In this document: positions 38,275 through 47,882 of the stretch, piece by piece | Layout: each line of letters starts with the position of its first letter | Position numbering within the stretch: the stretch's first letter is position 1 | Assembly: GCA_039803205.1 (NCBI GenBank) | Contig: JBDRYB010000003.1 | Location: 32,001-96,000 of the forward strand | Reading direction: 5' to 3' | Source: a candidate division WOR-3 bacterium | GTDB taxonomy: Bacteria > Hydrothermota > Hydrothermia > JBDRYB01 | DNA: 64,000 nt | Notes under the pieces: model-generated | What the model was told of the DNA's origin: nothing | Databases searched by the model: none | What the model saw: only the letters and a program-made list of their open reading frames with translations | Position numbers and translations under genes: made by a program

Positions 38275-38460
38275 ATGGAGGGTTTCTGTTCCCGAGTGGA
38301 GGTATATCGCATTCATGATCCTACCGAGAAAGAGGAATACATAGCCCGGGCGTGAGGACTTGCTTTTGGGGAGCTATCCCCGGAATTCCCATGTGATCGT
38401 TATGTTGACGAATACAGGTGGTATCACAACAGGCTGATGAAAAGGCTCTTCAGCGATAAC
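38275..38460 (+). pseudogene. Remnant of a second copy of the TPR-SARP regulator
   Basis: Frame reads HDPTEKEEYIARA*GLAFGELSPEFPCDRYVDEYRWYHNRLMKRLF versus HEQDEKESLLAKARELAVDDLLPEFPYDRYIDEYRQYYRRLRKRAF at the end of 24225-25811; in-frame TGA at 38353. Confidence 0.8.
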
Positions 38461-38530
38461 ACCACAGCAAAGTGGTTGAAACGCTCCAAGGCGTGCGTTT
38501 ATAATTTGTGAGCACAAGGAGCACCTCGCA

Positions 38531-39601
38531 ATGAAAAAGGAATCCCTTGATTTTTTGAAGAGGCTCATGGAGGCCCCGAGTCCATCCGGATACGAGGGCC
38601 CTGCGGCCGAGATATGGAGAGCCGAGGCAAAGAAATTCTCCGATCAAGTGAAAACAGACCTCCACGGCAACACAATCGCCGTCTTGAACAAAGGAGGCTC
38701 ACCACGGGTAATGCTCGCTGGCCACATAGATGAGATAGGCCTGATGATCCAATCCATAGATGAGAATGGTTTTGCCCGTTTCCAGGGCGTCGGAGGCTGG
38801 GACCCCCAGATACTCCCCGGCCAACGCGTTGTGTTTATTGGCAAAAAAGGTCCTGTAAAGGGAATAATCGGCAAGAAACCAGTGCATCTTATGGAGCAGG
38901 GGGAACGGACCAAGGCAGTAAAGATTGAGGAACTCTGGGTTGATTTTGGGACAGGTTCAAAGAAGGAGACCGAGGAGCTCATCTCAATTGGCGATGTGGG
39001 CGTAATTGATGTCGGCTTCCAGATCATTCATGGAAACAACGCAATAGCCCGCGGGTTTGACGACAGGATAGGCGCTTTTGTGGTGCTTGAGGCGCTCAGA
39101 CTCCTCTCAAAAATGAACATTAGTGCCGAGGTATATGCTGTGGCAACGGTCCAGGAGGAAATAGGGCTCCGCGGCGCACACACGGCGGCTTTCGGAATAG
39201 ACCCGAAGGTCGGGATAGCGGTTGATGTGACATTTGCCACGGACTATCCTGGGATGGGCTCCAAAGAAAAGGACATCTTTGGAAACATCAAGCTCGGCGG
39301 AGGCCCTGTTATTGCCCGGGGGCCAAACATAAACCACCGTGTTCACGAGCTTTTGGTCAAGACAGCCAAGGAAAAGAAAATTCCCTATGTGATAGAAGCA
39401 ATACCGAGGGGAACAGGGACGGACGCGAACGCCATACAGCTCTCTAGGGCAGGGGTTGCGGCAGGGCTCATATCGGTTCCCAACAGGAACATGCACACCC
39501 CTGTTGAAATGGTCAACCTGGAGGATGTTGAGGGCGCGTTCAGCCTGTTGGCGCACGCGGTAGCAAAGATAACGGATAAAACAAATCTGATCCCGTTCTA
39601 G
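38531..39601 (+). CDS. M42 family aminopeptidase
   Basis: SPSGYE, AGHIDEIG, FDDRIG, VQEEIGLRGA, AVDVT, GTDA, MHTPVE. Confidence 0.93.
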   Translation: MKKESLDFLKRLMEAPSPSGYEGPAAEIWRAEAKKFSDQVKTDLHGNTIAVLNKGGSPRVMLAGHIDEIGLMIQSIDENGFARFQGVGGWDPQILPGQRVVFIGKKGPVKGIIGKKPVHLMEQGERTKAVKIEELWVDFGTGSKKETEELISIGDVGVIDVGFQIIHGNNAIARGFDDRIGAFVVLEALRLLSKMNISAEVYAVATVQEEIGLRGAHTAAFGIDPKVGIAVDVTFATDYPGMGSKEKDIFGNIKLGGGPVIARGPNINHRVHELLVKTAKEKKIPYVIEAIPRGTGTDANAIQLSRAGVAAGLISVPNRNMHTPVEMVNLEDVEGAFSLLAHAVAKITDKTNLIPF

Positions 39602-39675
39602 GGTGTAAGGCCACTCTGCGAAACACTGCGTTAATCCCATACGCAGGAATTAAATATTTGGTGCCCAAAACGCGA

Positions 39676-40512
39676 TCAGCCCAAACTCACCATAAACGCT
39701 CCCAGAAACATGATTCCAGCGGCTATTAACCTCCTGAGAAGCCTCTTTTCTCCGAAGAAAAACCTACCGTATATGACGCCGAAGACCCCCGCCAATCTCT
39801 TCAGGGCTATCATGTAGGCGGCCTTCGTCAGGACTATGGCGGCCATGTGGCTAACCACCATTCCAGCGTGAAAGACCCCAGCAAAAACCAGATTAACTGA
39901 GAACTTGAGGGTTCGGCCCCTCCTTAGAAACGCTATTGGCGTGAATAAAACGGTCATGACGCCGAGATAATAAGCCGGAAAGAATGTGGGTGAGGATTCA
40001 GCTATGAGCATTTTCCCGAGGGCCGCGGTGATCGCGTAGATGAACGATACAGCGATCATGAGCCAGGGACCTTTTTCTTTCCTTATGGCGGAAAGGGGAA
40101 CCCAGGTCTCAGCTGATAATAGGTATCCGCCAAAGGTTATGAGAATAACCCCGAACCCGGCCAAAAGGCTTGGGGTTTCCCTCAGAGCTACAAAGCCGAT
40201 TAGGAGAAGGAAGGCAGGGGTCAGGGACAGAAATGGCAAGGTTAATGACAGGGGTGAGAGCCTGATGGCACGCATGTAGAGAAGGAGGGCTAAGATCTCA
40301 AGGGGAAAGGCGATAACCTGGAGCAAGAAGAATCTCGCTGAAAGATGCGGGATACCGAGAAGGAGAAGGGGAATGGCAAACGGGAGCGCGATCAGGTATT
40401 TTGCCCAGACCGCGGTAGCCTCATCCGCTTCCCCACGAGCCATTGCCCTCTTTGAGAACAGATCGGATGTCGCCCAGCTGAGAGCGCAGGCGAGCGAGAG
40501 GCCGACCCACAT
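39676..40512 (-). CDS. EamA/DMT family transporter
   Basis: Multiple TM helices in two repeats, SPLSLTLPFLSLTP motif; start trimmed to ATG 40512. Confidence 0.85.
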   Translation of the reverse strand: MWVGLSLACALSWATSDLFSKRAMARGEADEATAVWAKYLIALPFAIPLLLLGIPHLSARFFLLQVIAFPLEILALLLYMRAIRLSPLSLTLPFLSLTPAFLLLIGFVALRETPSLLAGFGVILITFGGYLLSAETWVPLSAIRKEKGPWLMIAVSFIYAITAALGKMLIAESSPTFFPAYYLGVMTVLFTPIAFLRRGRTLKFSVNLVFAGVFHAGMVVSHMAAIVLTKAAYMIALKRLAGVFGVIYGRFFFGEKRLLRRLIAAGIMFLGAFMVSLG

Positions 40513-40603
40513 GCCGAAAGCATAAGTCAGAAATGAGGATCCGGACAAGAAGCAGGGTCTCATGTCCGTGCAATAAGCGGTTTCAACCCATTATAATTTG
40601 CAT

Positions 40604-42334
40604 GTGAGCGGTATTTTCAGGCTTCTCTGGAAGAAGAAGTGGAAAATAGCCACGGGCATCTTCATATTGTTCGCGATTGATGCGGCGCAGCTTGTCGTTC
40701 CTCTCATACTCCGGAAGGCAATAGACGCCTTGGCGGTCGGATCCGCTACCCCTGGACTCATAACCACATACGCTCTTTGGCTCGTCGGCTTGGCGCTCTT
40801 CGTGGCCTTCTTTAGGTTTTTCTGGCGCTACTTTCTCATGGGCGCGGCGCGTGAGCTGGAACGGGATCTCAGGGACAGGATCTACGCTCATGTCATGCGC
40901 CTTCACCCTGGATTCTTCTCAGAAGCAAGGACAGGAGACATAATGGCGCTCGCTACAAACGACGCTGAGGCCGTCAGGATGGCAATAGGCATGGGAATAG
41001 TTGCCTCATCGGACGCGGCAATAATGGGGCTTTTTTCCCTGGGCGCTATGCTCTGGATATCCCCATCCCTGACCATATACACAGCCATTCCTCTTGCCGC
41101 TACCACAGCGGTTGTCCTGTTTTTCGGAAAGGCGATATACAAACGCTTCAAGGCTGTTCAAGAGGCATTCGCTGAGATAACCGAGCGCGTCAGGGAGACC
41201 ATCTCCGGAATAAGGATAATAAAGGCTTTTGTTCAGGAGGATGGCGAGAGGAGGTCATACCGGGAGCTGAACGAGGACTATGTCGCGAAGAACATGTCCC
41301 TCGTGAAGATATGGGGATTCTTTTGGCCCTTGGTGACCTTCTTCGCTGGCTCAGCGACCGCTCTGGTAATATGGCAAGGAGGCGCAAAGGCCATAACCGG
41401 AGCAATAAGCCTCGGGGATGTCGTGGCTTTCATGAACTACCTATGGATACTGGTTTGGCCCATGGTGGCCATAGGTTGGGTTACGAACCTCCTCCAACGC
41501 GGTTCTGCGTCCATGGCCAGGATCCAGGAACTCCTTGATACCAAACCCGAGATAGCTGATCCGCAAAGACCTCACAGGGCAAGAGTGAAGGGGAACATAG
41601 AATTCAGGGGACTTACATTCTCATATTCCGAGGATGGGGATCCGGTTCTCATAGATGTAGACCTTTCGGTTGAAGAGGGGATGGTCGTGGGCATAGTTGG
41701 GAGAACCGGCTCCGGAAAGACAACCCTCGTTTCTCTGGTCCCCAGGCTCTACGATCCGCCCCCAGGGACGGTCTTCGTTGACGGCGTTGATGTCAGGAAT
41801 TGGTCGCTTGAGGCTCTCAGGGGCGAAATAGGTTTCGTCCCTCAGGAGGCGTTCCTTTTCTCCGCGACCATAAGGGAGAACATAGCGTTCTTCAACCCTG
41901 ATGCGCCTGAGGAGGATGTGGTGGCCGCGGCAAATGCCGCTGACATCTGGCATGAGATAGAGGAGATGCCGGACGGGCTTGACACCGTGGTTGGCGAGAG
42001 GGGGATAACCCTCTCAGGCGGACAGCGCCAGCGCGTTGCCCTCGCTAGGGCAATAATAAAGGACCCTCGGATAATCATCCTGGACGACACGCTTTCAGCG
42101 GTTGATTTTGAGACAGAGGAAAGGATACTGGATAACCTGAAAAGGTTTTTGCCTGGAAGAACCGGCTTGATAATCTCCCACAGGCTATCCGCTGTTGCCC
42201 ACGCTGATCTGATAATCGTTCTTGAGGACGGGAGGGTGGTGGAGAAGGGAACGCATCAGGAGCTCCTCAGAATAGGGGGAATATACGCGAAGACATGGGA
42301 ACTTCAGCAACTGGAAAGGGCGGCCGCGACCTGA
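40604..42334 (+). CDS. ABC exporter, fused permease/ATPase (MdlA/YheI-like)
   Basis: TM domain, GRTGSGKT, LSGGQRQR, ILDD, ISHR; GTG 40604 lies 6 nt after TATAAT. Confidence 0.92.
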   Translation: MSGIFRLLWKKKWKIATGIFILFAIDAAQLVVPLILRKAIDALAVGSATPGLITTYALWLVGLALFVAFFRFFWRYFLMGAARELERDLRDRIYAHVMRLHPGFFSEARTGDIMALATNDAEAVRMAIGMGIVASSDAAIMGLFSLGAMLWISPSLTIYTAIPLAATTAVVLFFGKAIYKRFKAVQEAFAEITERVRETISGIRIIKAFVQEDGERRSYRELNEDYVAKNMSLVKIWGFFWPLVTFFAGSATALVIWQGGAKAITGAISLGDVVAFMNYLWILVWPMVAIGWVTNLLQRGSASMARIQELLDTKPEIADPQRPHRARVKGNIEFRGLTFSYSEDGDPVLIDVDLSVEEGMVVGIVGRTGSGKTTLVSLVPRLYDPPPGTVFVDGVDVRNWSLEALRGEIGFVPQEAFLFSATIRENIAFFNPDAPEEDVVAAANAADIWHEIEEMPDGLDTVVGERGITLSGGQRQRVALARAIIKDPRIIILDDTLSAVDFETEERILDNLKRFLPGRTGLIISHRLSAVAHADLIIVLEDGRVVEKGTHQELLRIGGIYAKTWELQQLERAAAT

Positions 42335-43392
42335 GAGCTCTCATCGTTGGTCCAGACATAAAAGGGGTCTCCGGAGAACCTACGCACATAAGAACCCTGC
42401 TTTCCTCACCCCTTTCCAAAGAGTTCTCCCTATCCTACTTTAGGGTTGGTGGAGGCGAACGAAGGGCAAGCCCAGAGAGCTTTCTGAGGAGGAACGCGGC
42501 CCGTTTCCTGTCGCCCATAGGGGTTGTCCTTAAGATCTTAACCCAGAGGCCCAGATTGGTTCACCTGAACAATACCTTCAACTTCAAGGGGCTTCTCAGG
42601 GATTGTAGCCTCCTTATTGCCGCTAAGCTCCTTGGCCGAAGGGTGATATTTGAGATGCACGGAGGCCACCCCGAGAGCTGGCTCTCCAGGCACAGGATAA
42701 TGAAACCTTTCGTCCTTTCAGCCCTGAGCCGGGCTGACAAGATAATAGCCCTCTCGGCCGAGCAGGAGAGGTTCCTTTCTGGGTTCCTGCCCAGAGGCCG
42801 GTTCAGGCGCATCCCAAACATGGTTGACCCCACCCAGTTCACCCCCTCTGTTCCTGTTGACCCACCTGCTCTTCTCTACATGGGCAGGTTGCACGAGCCA
42901 AAGGGGATATTCGTCCTACTAGAGGCCTTTGAAATGCTCAAGAGGGACTGTGAGCTCTGGTTTGCTGGGGACGGGCCTGACAGACCGAGGCTTGAGAGCA
43001 CGATCAGAGACAAAGGGGTTTCGGAAAGGGTAAAGATCCTGGGATTTGTCCTCGGCGAGGAGAAGAAAAGGGTCCTCTCCTCGGCCTATGCCTTGGTTCT
43101 ACCCTCTTTCCACGAGGGAATCCCCTACGCTATACTTGAGGCACTCGCCTCAGCCTTGCCCGTTGTGGCCACTGCCGTCGGAGGGGTTCCGGAGGTCGTG
43201 AGGGAAGGCCAGGAGGGTTTTCTCGTGCCACCAGGAAACCCTGTTGCCCTCGCGGAGGCCATAAAGAGATTGCTTTTGGATAGGGGTCTCAGGGATAATA
43301 TGGCCGTGAAGGCTCGCGAGCGCTCTTTTGATTTCTCTGTGGAGCGCGTATCAGCGCAGTATATTGAGGTTTATAGGGAGGTAGTGAGATGA
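42295..43392 (+). CDS. Glycosyltransferase family 4
   Basis: GRLHEPKG, AGDGP, PSFHEGIPYAILEA, VGGVPEVV; start uncertain. Confidence 0.9.
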   Translation: MGTSATGKGGRDLRALIVGPDIKGVSGEPTHIRTLLSSPLSKEFSLSYFRVGGGERRASPESFLRRNAARFLSPIGVVLKILTQRPRLVHLNNTFNFKGLLRDCSLLIAAKLLGRRVIFEMHGGHPESWLSRHRIMKPFVLSALSRADKIIALSAEQERFLSGFLPRGRFRRIPNMVDPTQFTPSVPVDPPALLYMGRLHEPKGIFVLLEAFEMLKRDCELWFAGDGPDRPRLESTIRDKGVSERVKILGFVLGEEKKRVLSSAYALVLPSFHEGIPYAILEALASALPVVATAVGGVPEVVREGQEGFLVPPGNPVALAEAIKRLLLDRGLRDNMAVKARERSFDFSVERVSAQYIEVYREVVR

Positions 43393-44069
43393 AGGGCACC
43401 AAGAATGATAAGGAGCGTGAGCTCCGCGAACGCTTAAGCGCGAACCCGGAAGACTTCGGTGCGCACTATGAGCTTGGCGTTCTGCTTTCGGAACAGGGTA
43501 AGTATCCAGAGGCCGCGAAGGAGTTCCGAGAGGCGATACGAATAAGGCCCGAATATGCCGAGGCCCACAACGAGCTGGGGACAGTGCTTTTTGAGATGAG
43601 ACACGACGAAGAGGCTCTGGATGAGTTCATTAAGGCGATAGAGATAAATCCAGAATTTGTTGAGGCTCACCTGAACCTGGGATACGCAGTTTTTTATTTG
43701 GAACCTGATCGGTGGGAAGCTGAGGAGGAATTCCGAAGAGCTATAAGCATAGAACCGGATAATTCCCGGGCCCATTATGGTCTGGGTCTTGTGCTTTCTT
43801 ACGGAATCCGGGAAGGCGAATTTTCGGATTTCTCGGAGGAGGAAAAACGAGAGTACGCGAGGGAAGCTGAGAAAGAGTTCCGGGAGGTGATAAGGCTAGA
43901 CCCTGAATTTGCCGAAGCTTATCTCAGCTTGGGCGAACTGCTGTCTGAACTGGGTAAATTTAAAAAGGCGCGTAAAGAGATTGAGAAAGCCATAGAGCTC
44001 TTTGAAAAGAAGGGCCGAAAAGAGGACGCGAAGAAGGCCAGGGAGCTCCTGAGAGGGTTGCCGAAATAG
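43389..44069 (+). CDS. Tetratricopeptide repeat protein
   Basis: Consecutive AEAH..LG...A..EF..AI.I.P repeats. Confidence 0.88.
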   Translation: MKGTKNDKERELRERLSANPEDFGAHYELGVLLSEQGKYPEAAKEFREAIRIRPEYAEAHNELGTVLFEMRHDEEALDEFIKAIEINPEFVEAHLNLGYAVFYLEPDRWEAEEEFRRAISIEPDNSRAHYGLGLVLSYGIREGEFSDFSEEEKREYAREAEKEFREVIRLDPEFAEAYLSLGELLSELGKFKKARKEIEKAIELFEKKGRKEDAKKARELLRGLPK

Positions 44070-44071
44070 AA

Positions 44072-44452
44072 ATGGAAAGGACTGATGGCGCGGACAAGCA
44101 CAGGAGGCTGGCTGACCACCTCGTCCACGAGGCCTGGTATGACATGGCTGAGGAGGAATACCGGAAGGCCATTGAGATGAACCCCATGGATGCCGAGGCC
44201 CACTACAACCTGGGGGTTTTGCTTTATAACCAAGGCAGATACGAGGAGGCCGAGAAGGAATTCCGGGAGGCAATACGGATAAAACCGGACTATGCCGGGG
44301 CACACCTCAGTCTGGGGCTTTTGCTTGCTGACTTACAGAGGTTTCCAGAAGCCAGGGCCGAGCTAGAAAATGCCATAGTGCTCTTTGAAAGGAAGGGCCG
44401 AAAAGAGGAAGCGGAGAATGTGAGGGATCTCTTGAGAAGATTGCTGGGATAA
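44072..44452 (+). CDS. Tetratricopeptide repeat protein (short paralog of upstream gene)
   Basis: TPR repeats; shared C-terminus AI.LFE.KGRKE.A...R.LLR.L. Confidence 0.85.
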   Translation: MERTDGADKHRRLADHLVHEAWYDMAEEEYRKAIEMNPMDAEAHYNLGVLLYNQGRYEEAEKEFREAIRIKPDYAGAHLSLGLLLADLQRFPEARAELENAIVLFERKGRKEEAENVRDLLRRLLG

Positions 44453-44473
44453 GGTGGCCCAGGATTACCGTTC

Positions 44474-44938
44474 TCATTCCAGGCCGAGCTTTTGGAGGAG
44501 GCCTGTTGTTGAATAACCCTCGAGATAAGGGACGATAACAACCTCTCCGCCTCTGGATCTCACAAACTCAGCGCCAACTATCTCATCCTCCCGCCAGTCC
44601 CCTCCCTTTACCAGGACATCCGGTCTTATTGCCTCTATGAGCTCCAAAGGGGTGTCTTCGGAAAAGGGGATCACATGGTCAACATAGCGTATTGCTGATA
44701 AAACCTCGGCCCTTGCCTCTAGGGGGTTTATGGGCCTCTCAGGGCCCTTTAGCCTTCTGACCGAACCATCATCGTTGAGGCCAACCAAAAGGACATCCCC
44801 TAGGCTTTTGGCAGTCCTAAGAAGGTGAATGTGGCCCGGGTGCACTATGTCAAAACACCCGTTCGTGAAAACGATTATCTTGCCGAGGCCCCTCATTTCA
44901 TCAGCGAGGGACGCGGCCTCGTTCGCAGAAAGGATCAT
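44474..44938 (-). CDS. rfaE2: D-glycero-beta-D-manno-heptose 1-phosphate adenylyltransferase
   Basis: [37 protein letters not shown]. Confidence 0.92.
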   Translation of the reverse strand: MILSANEAASLADEMRGLGKIIVFTNGCFDIVHPGHIHLLRTAKSLGDVLLVGLNDDGSVRRLKGPERPINPLEARAEVLSAIRYVDHVIPFSEDTPLELIEAIRPDVLVKGGDWREDEIVGAEFVRSRGGEVVIVPYLEGYSTTGLLQKLGLE

Positions 44939-45435
44939 GGCTCCCTTCTCAGCGCAAAATAGAGTAATGCCACAGCGAGGTCGTGGAGGTCAAGCCTGCC
45001 ATCCATGTTCGGATCAGGCGAATCCAGGGTTCCCTGGGTGAGGTGTATCTGGTAGGCCAGTTTCAGAAAAGCGAACATCGCCTCACGGGGAATGTCTTCA
45101 AGCCTCGGGTGCCACTCAAGAACATCCCTCTCGCCCATCGCGGATACGCATTCCTCGCATGTGGGGACCAGGTTGTCCTTGCCCCTCAGGATGTGGAGGA
45201 GGCGCTGGTCCCCCCCAGCCCTCTGCGGCGGGATAACCGGCCAAGGCCTCACTCCCTCGGTCCTGCCGCAATAGACGCAGGAAACCTTTGTGCCTAACAA
45301 CTCTTCATCCTCACGGGTTAATCGTTTCCACTGGTGCGGAAACCTCACGAATGCTTCTAGATCAGGGCCATCAAGGCCCCGGACATACTTGCCGTAGAGA
45401 AAATGTATCAGCTCCCTGATGTTCCTGGGGTTCAT
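44935..45435 (-). CDS. HNH-fold zinc-binding protein, probably catalytically degenerate, with C-terminal EF-hand/dockerin-like loop
   Basis: CVYCG...VIPP..AGG...[10 protein letters not shown] and [13 protein letters not shown]. Confidence 0.55.
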   Translation of the reverse strand: MNPRNIRELIHFLYGKYVRGLDGPDLEAFVRFPHQWKRLTREDEELLGTKVSCVYCGRTEGVRPWPVIPPQRAGGDQRLLHILRGKDNLVPTCEECVSAMGERDVLEWHPRLEDIPREAMFAFLKLAYQIHLTQGTLDSPDPNMDGRLDLHDLAVALLYFALRREP

Positions 45436-45908
45436 CCGGGCCTTATGAGAAACAGAACCTGCCCGTATTCAACCGGCTGAGCGTTCTCAACAAGTATCTT
45501 CACCACCTCGCCGTCCACATCCGATTCTATCTCGTTCATAACCTTCATGGCCTCAACTATGCAGAGGGTTTGTCCCTTCCGAACCCTCTTGCCCACATCC
45601 GTGAAAGGCTCTGCGCCCGGCGCCGGCGCCCTGTAGAATGTCCCGACAATGGGGGAGCGGATGGGATGCAATCCCTCTGGTATCTCCTCTGCCTCCTCGG
45701 GTTTGGGCTTCTCGGCGGCCTCAACCGGACGAGCTGTCCCAGGGACCGGCTGTTGCAGGACTGGCGCCGAGAGCACCTGGGCAGGGGCTTCTGGCTTTGG
45801 TTTTGAAAGATAGACCCTGAAATCCCTCGTTTCTATCTCAAGTTCAGCGAGGCCTGATCCCTCCAGGAGCGCGATGAGTTCCTTTATCAGCTCTCTGTCC
45901 AGTTTCAA
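45432..45908 (-). CDS. accB: Acetyl-CoA carboxylase biotin carboxyl carrier protein
   Basis: SPIVGTFYRAP, VEAMKVMNEI, VEYGQ. Confidence 0.93.
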   Translation of the reverse strand: MKLDRELIKELIALLEGSGLAELEIETRDFRVYLSKPKPEAPAQVLSAPVLQQPVPGTARPVEAAEKPKPEEAEEIPEGLHPIRSPIVGTFYRAPAPGAEPFTDVGKRVRKGQTLCIVEAMKVMNEIESDVDGEVVKILVENAQPVEYGQVLFLIRPG

Positions 45909-45910
45909 CG

Positions 45911-46459
45911 CTATACCCTCTCTATGTAGCGGTCATCCCGGGTGTCTATTCTGACCGTGTCCCCAACCTCTATGAATAGAGGAACCTGGATTATGAGGCC
46001 CGTTTCAAGCTTGGCTGGTTTTGAGCCGCCTGAGGCTGTGTCCCCCTTAACACCAGGGGTGGTTTCTATTACCTTGAGCTCAACGAAGTTCGGAGGCTCA
46101 ACGCTCGCTGGAGAGTTGTCTATGTAAAGAAGGTTGACCTCGGTTCCCTCCTTGATGTATGGGAGGATTGAGCTGATGGCAGACCTCGGGAACCTCACCT
46201 CCTCGTATGTCTCGTTGTTGAAGAAGACCATGTCCTCTCCGGCCGCGTAAGAGAAAACCCCTGGAAACCGCTCAACCCTGAGCTCCTCAAACTCATCCGA
46301 TTCCCTTATGGTAACCTCCCTGACTGCTCCGGTGAGGAGGTTGCGCAATTTCGCTGTCATGGTAGCCCCGCCTCTGCCCTTGTGGGTGTGTTTGAATGAC
46401 ATAACGATCCAGGTCTCGCCCTGCCACCTCAGAGCCATCCCAGTTCTTATCTCAGGCAT
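45911..46459 (-). CDS. efp: Elongation factor P
   Basis: PGVKGDTASGGSKPAKLETG, QVPLFI, IDTR; tip loop HKGRGGA. Confidence 0.95.
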   Translation of the reverse strand: MPEIRTGMALRWQGETWIVMSFKHTHKGRGGATMTAKLRNLLTGAVREVTIRESDEFEELRVERFPGVFSYAAGEDMVFFNNETYEEVRFPRSAISSILPYIKEGTEVNLLYIDNSPASVEPPNFVELKVIETTPGVKGDTASGGSKPAKLETGLIIQVPLFIEVGDTVRIDTRDDRYIERV

Positions 46460-46549
46460 ACCGAGATTTTAATCTAGACGAACAAAGGGTTTCAACCTCG
46501 TTGTTCCGAATGAGACTATATCCTGGGCTCCAATTGGTAATCCGACCCC

Positions 46550-47305
46550 TTATTTTACCCCTGGCCCCAGGGTGTATCCGAACCAGGTTCCAACGCCTCC
46601 ATAGGAGGAAGCGTCAGCGTCCTCAGCGCCCCAAATCATGCCGTTTGCCCAGGAGAGGCTCATTCCGTGGAAGGTATCCTTCAGCTTGAGTGTTCCGAGC
46701 TGGTTGCCCTTCTTGTCAAGGACATAGACCGTCCCTTCCTCATCCCAAGTGAAAAGGTAATCCTTGCTCGCGGCAATAGTGCAGCTGTAAGGAAATTCTC
46801 CGCACGGTATCCCCCCTATTGTCTCTATTACCTCCATGGATGGAAAATTCATCACATATAGGGTTCCATCAACAAGCTCGTAGATCCTTTTCCCAGAGGG
46901 ATCAAGCGCCGGGGAGCTTTGGTTATCGTTGAAGATCCCTTCGGCCACTACGCTCACATCCCCTGTTTTGGGGTTATAGACGAGGAGGTCCCTCATGTAG
47001 CTCTTTATGTATATCTTGCCGTCGTAGGGGTTGTAGAATATTGCCCTACCGTCAACCTGCACATCCGAGGAGCTCACGAGATTGCCCTCGGCATCGTATC
47101 TGTTGACCTTTCCGTATCCCTCGTTACCTCCGTTGATGGTGTAATAATACTTGCCGTCAAAGGTTATCCCTACATTGTGGAAGAAGACCTCGTCCGAGAT
47201 CTTCATGGCCAACGAAGGCTGGAGTCCCGTTTCCGGCAAGGAAACTGCCCTCGGGGCGCAAGCACAGAACATCAAAAAAGCTGTAGTTAAAGAAAGCTTT
47301 TTCAT
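46550..47305 (-). CDS. Lipoprotein with small beta-propeller fold
   Basis: MKKLSLTTAFLMFCAC lipobox-like signal; GITFDG, beta-rich repeats. Confidence 0.6.
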   Translation of the reverse strand: MKKLSLTTAFLMFCACAPRAVSLPETGLQPSLAMKISDEVFFHNVGITFDGKYYYTINGGNEGYGKVNRYDAEGNLVSSSDVQVDGRAIFYNPYDGKIYIKSYMRDLLVYNPKTGDVSVVAEGIFNDNQSSPALDPSGKRIYELVDGTLYVMNFPSMEVIETIGGIPCGEFPYSCTIAASKDYLFTWDEEGTVYVLDKKGNQLGTLKLKDTFHGMSLSWANGMIWGAEDADASSYGGVGTWFGYTLGPGVK

Positions 47306-47479
47306 ATGCCCTTAAATTATAAGGCCGAGGGTTGGGGGAGAGAAACTTGAGGATCGGCCTGAGATCTCAGCTTTTCCATCCCCCAAAACCCTTATCCTGC
47401 AAACCGAAGCTCGGAAGCCTTGAGGCAATAATGACCCGAGATGGCCCTAATAGATGAGAATATTCCGCGGCCCCAAGGA

Positions 47480-47770
47480 GGAAGGGCCGGGAAAGGAGAA
47501 AAAATATGACCCTTTCTCCATAAGTATCAAGCAAGCTGAAGCTCTGGCTCAAGTCCATGGGGGCCAAAGAGGGTCTCGTCCTGGGCAAGGTGCGCATCTA
47601 GGCAATTGAGTATTCCCCCTCAAGCCTCGCATGGTGGGAGGCAAAGTCTGAGGTCAAAAGGGCTTCCTCAGGGGATACATGGATGCGATGAACCTCGTGA
47701 TATACCTGCAAGGACATGGACAGCGCGGATGAGGATATGTTCCTTTCCCAACTGACCATAACTGACCGAA
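47480..47770 (+). pseudogene. Possible decayed tyrosine-integrase fragment with arm-type direct repeats
   Basis: Broken frames RKGRERRKNMTLSP*VSSKLKLWLKSMGAKEGLVLG and GFLRGYMDAMNLVIY loosely resemble integrase C-terminal boxes; AACTGACC twice at 47750-47767. Confidence 0.3.
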
Positions 47771-47834
47771 AATGGGGTATTTTTCACGCTTTTTCGTTAG
47801 GGAACAAAATCTTGGAAACCCGCATAAAATAAAG

Positions 47835-47882
47835 TGGGCTGTGAAGGAGTTGAACCTTCGGCACCCGGATTAAAAATCGGGC
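47835..47882 (-). pseudogene. 3' half of a tRNA (Lys-TTT-like); probable att-site remnant
   Basis: Minus strand CCCGATTTTTAATCCGGGTGCCGAAGGTTCAACTCCTTCACAGCCCA: anticodon loop with TTT, T-arm GAAGG-TTCAACT-CCTTC, acceptor 3' strand; no matching 5' acceptor strand or D-arm. Confidence 0.7.
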
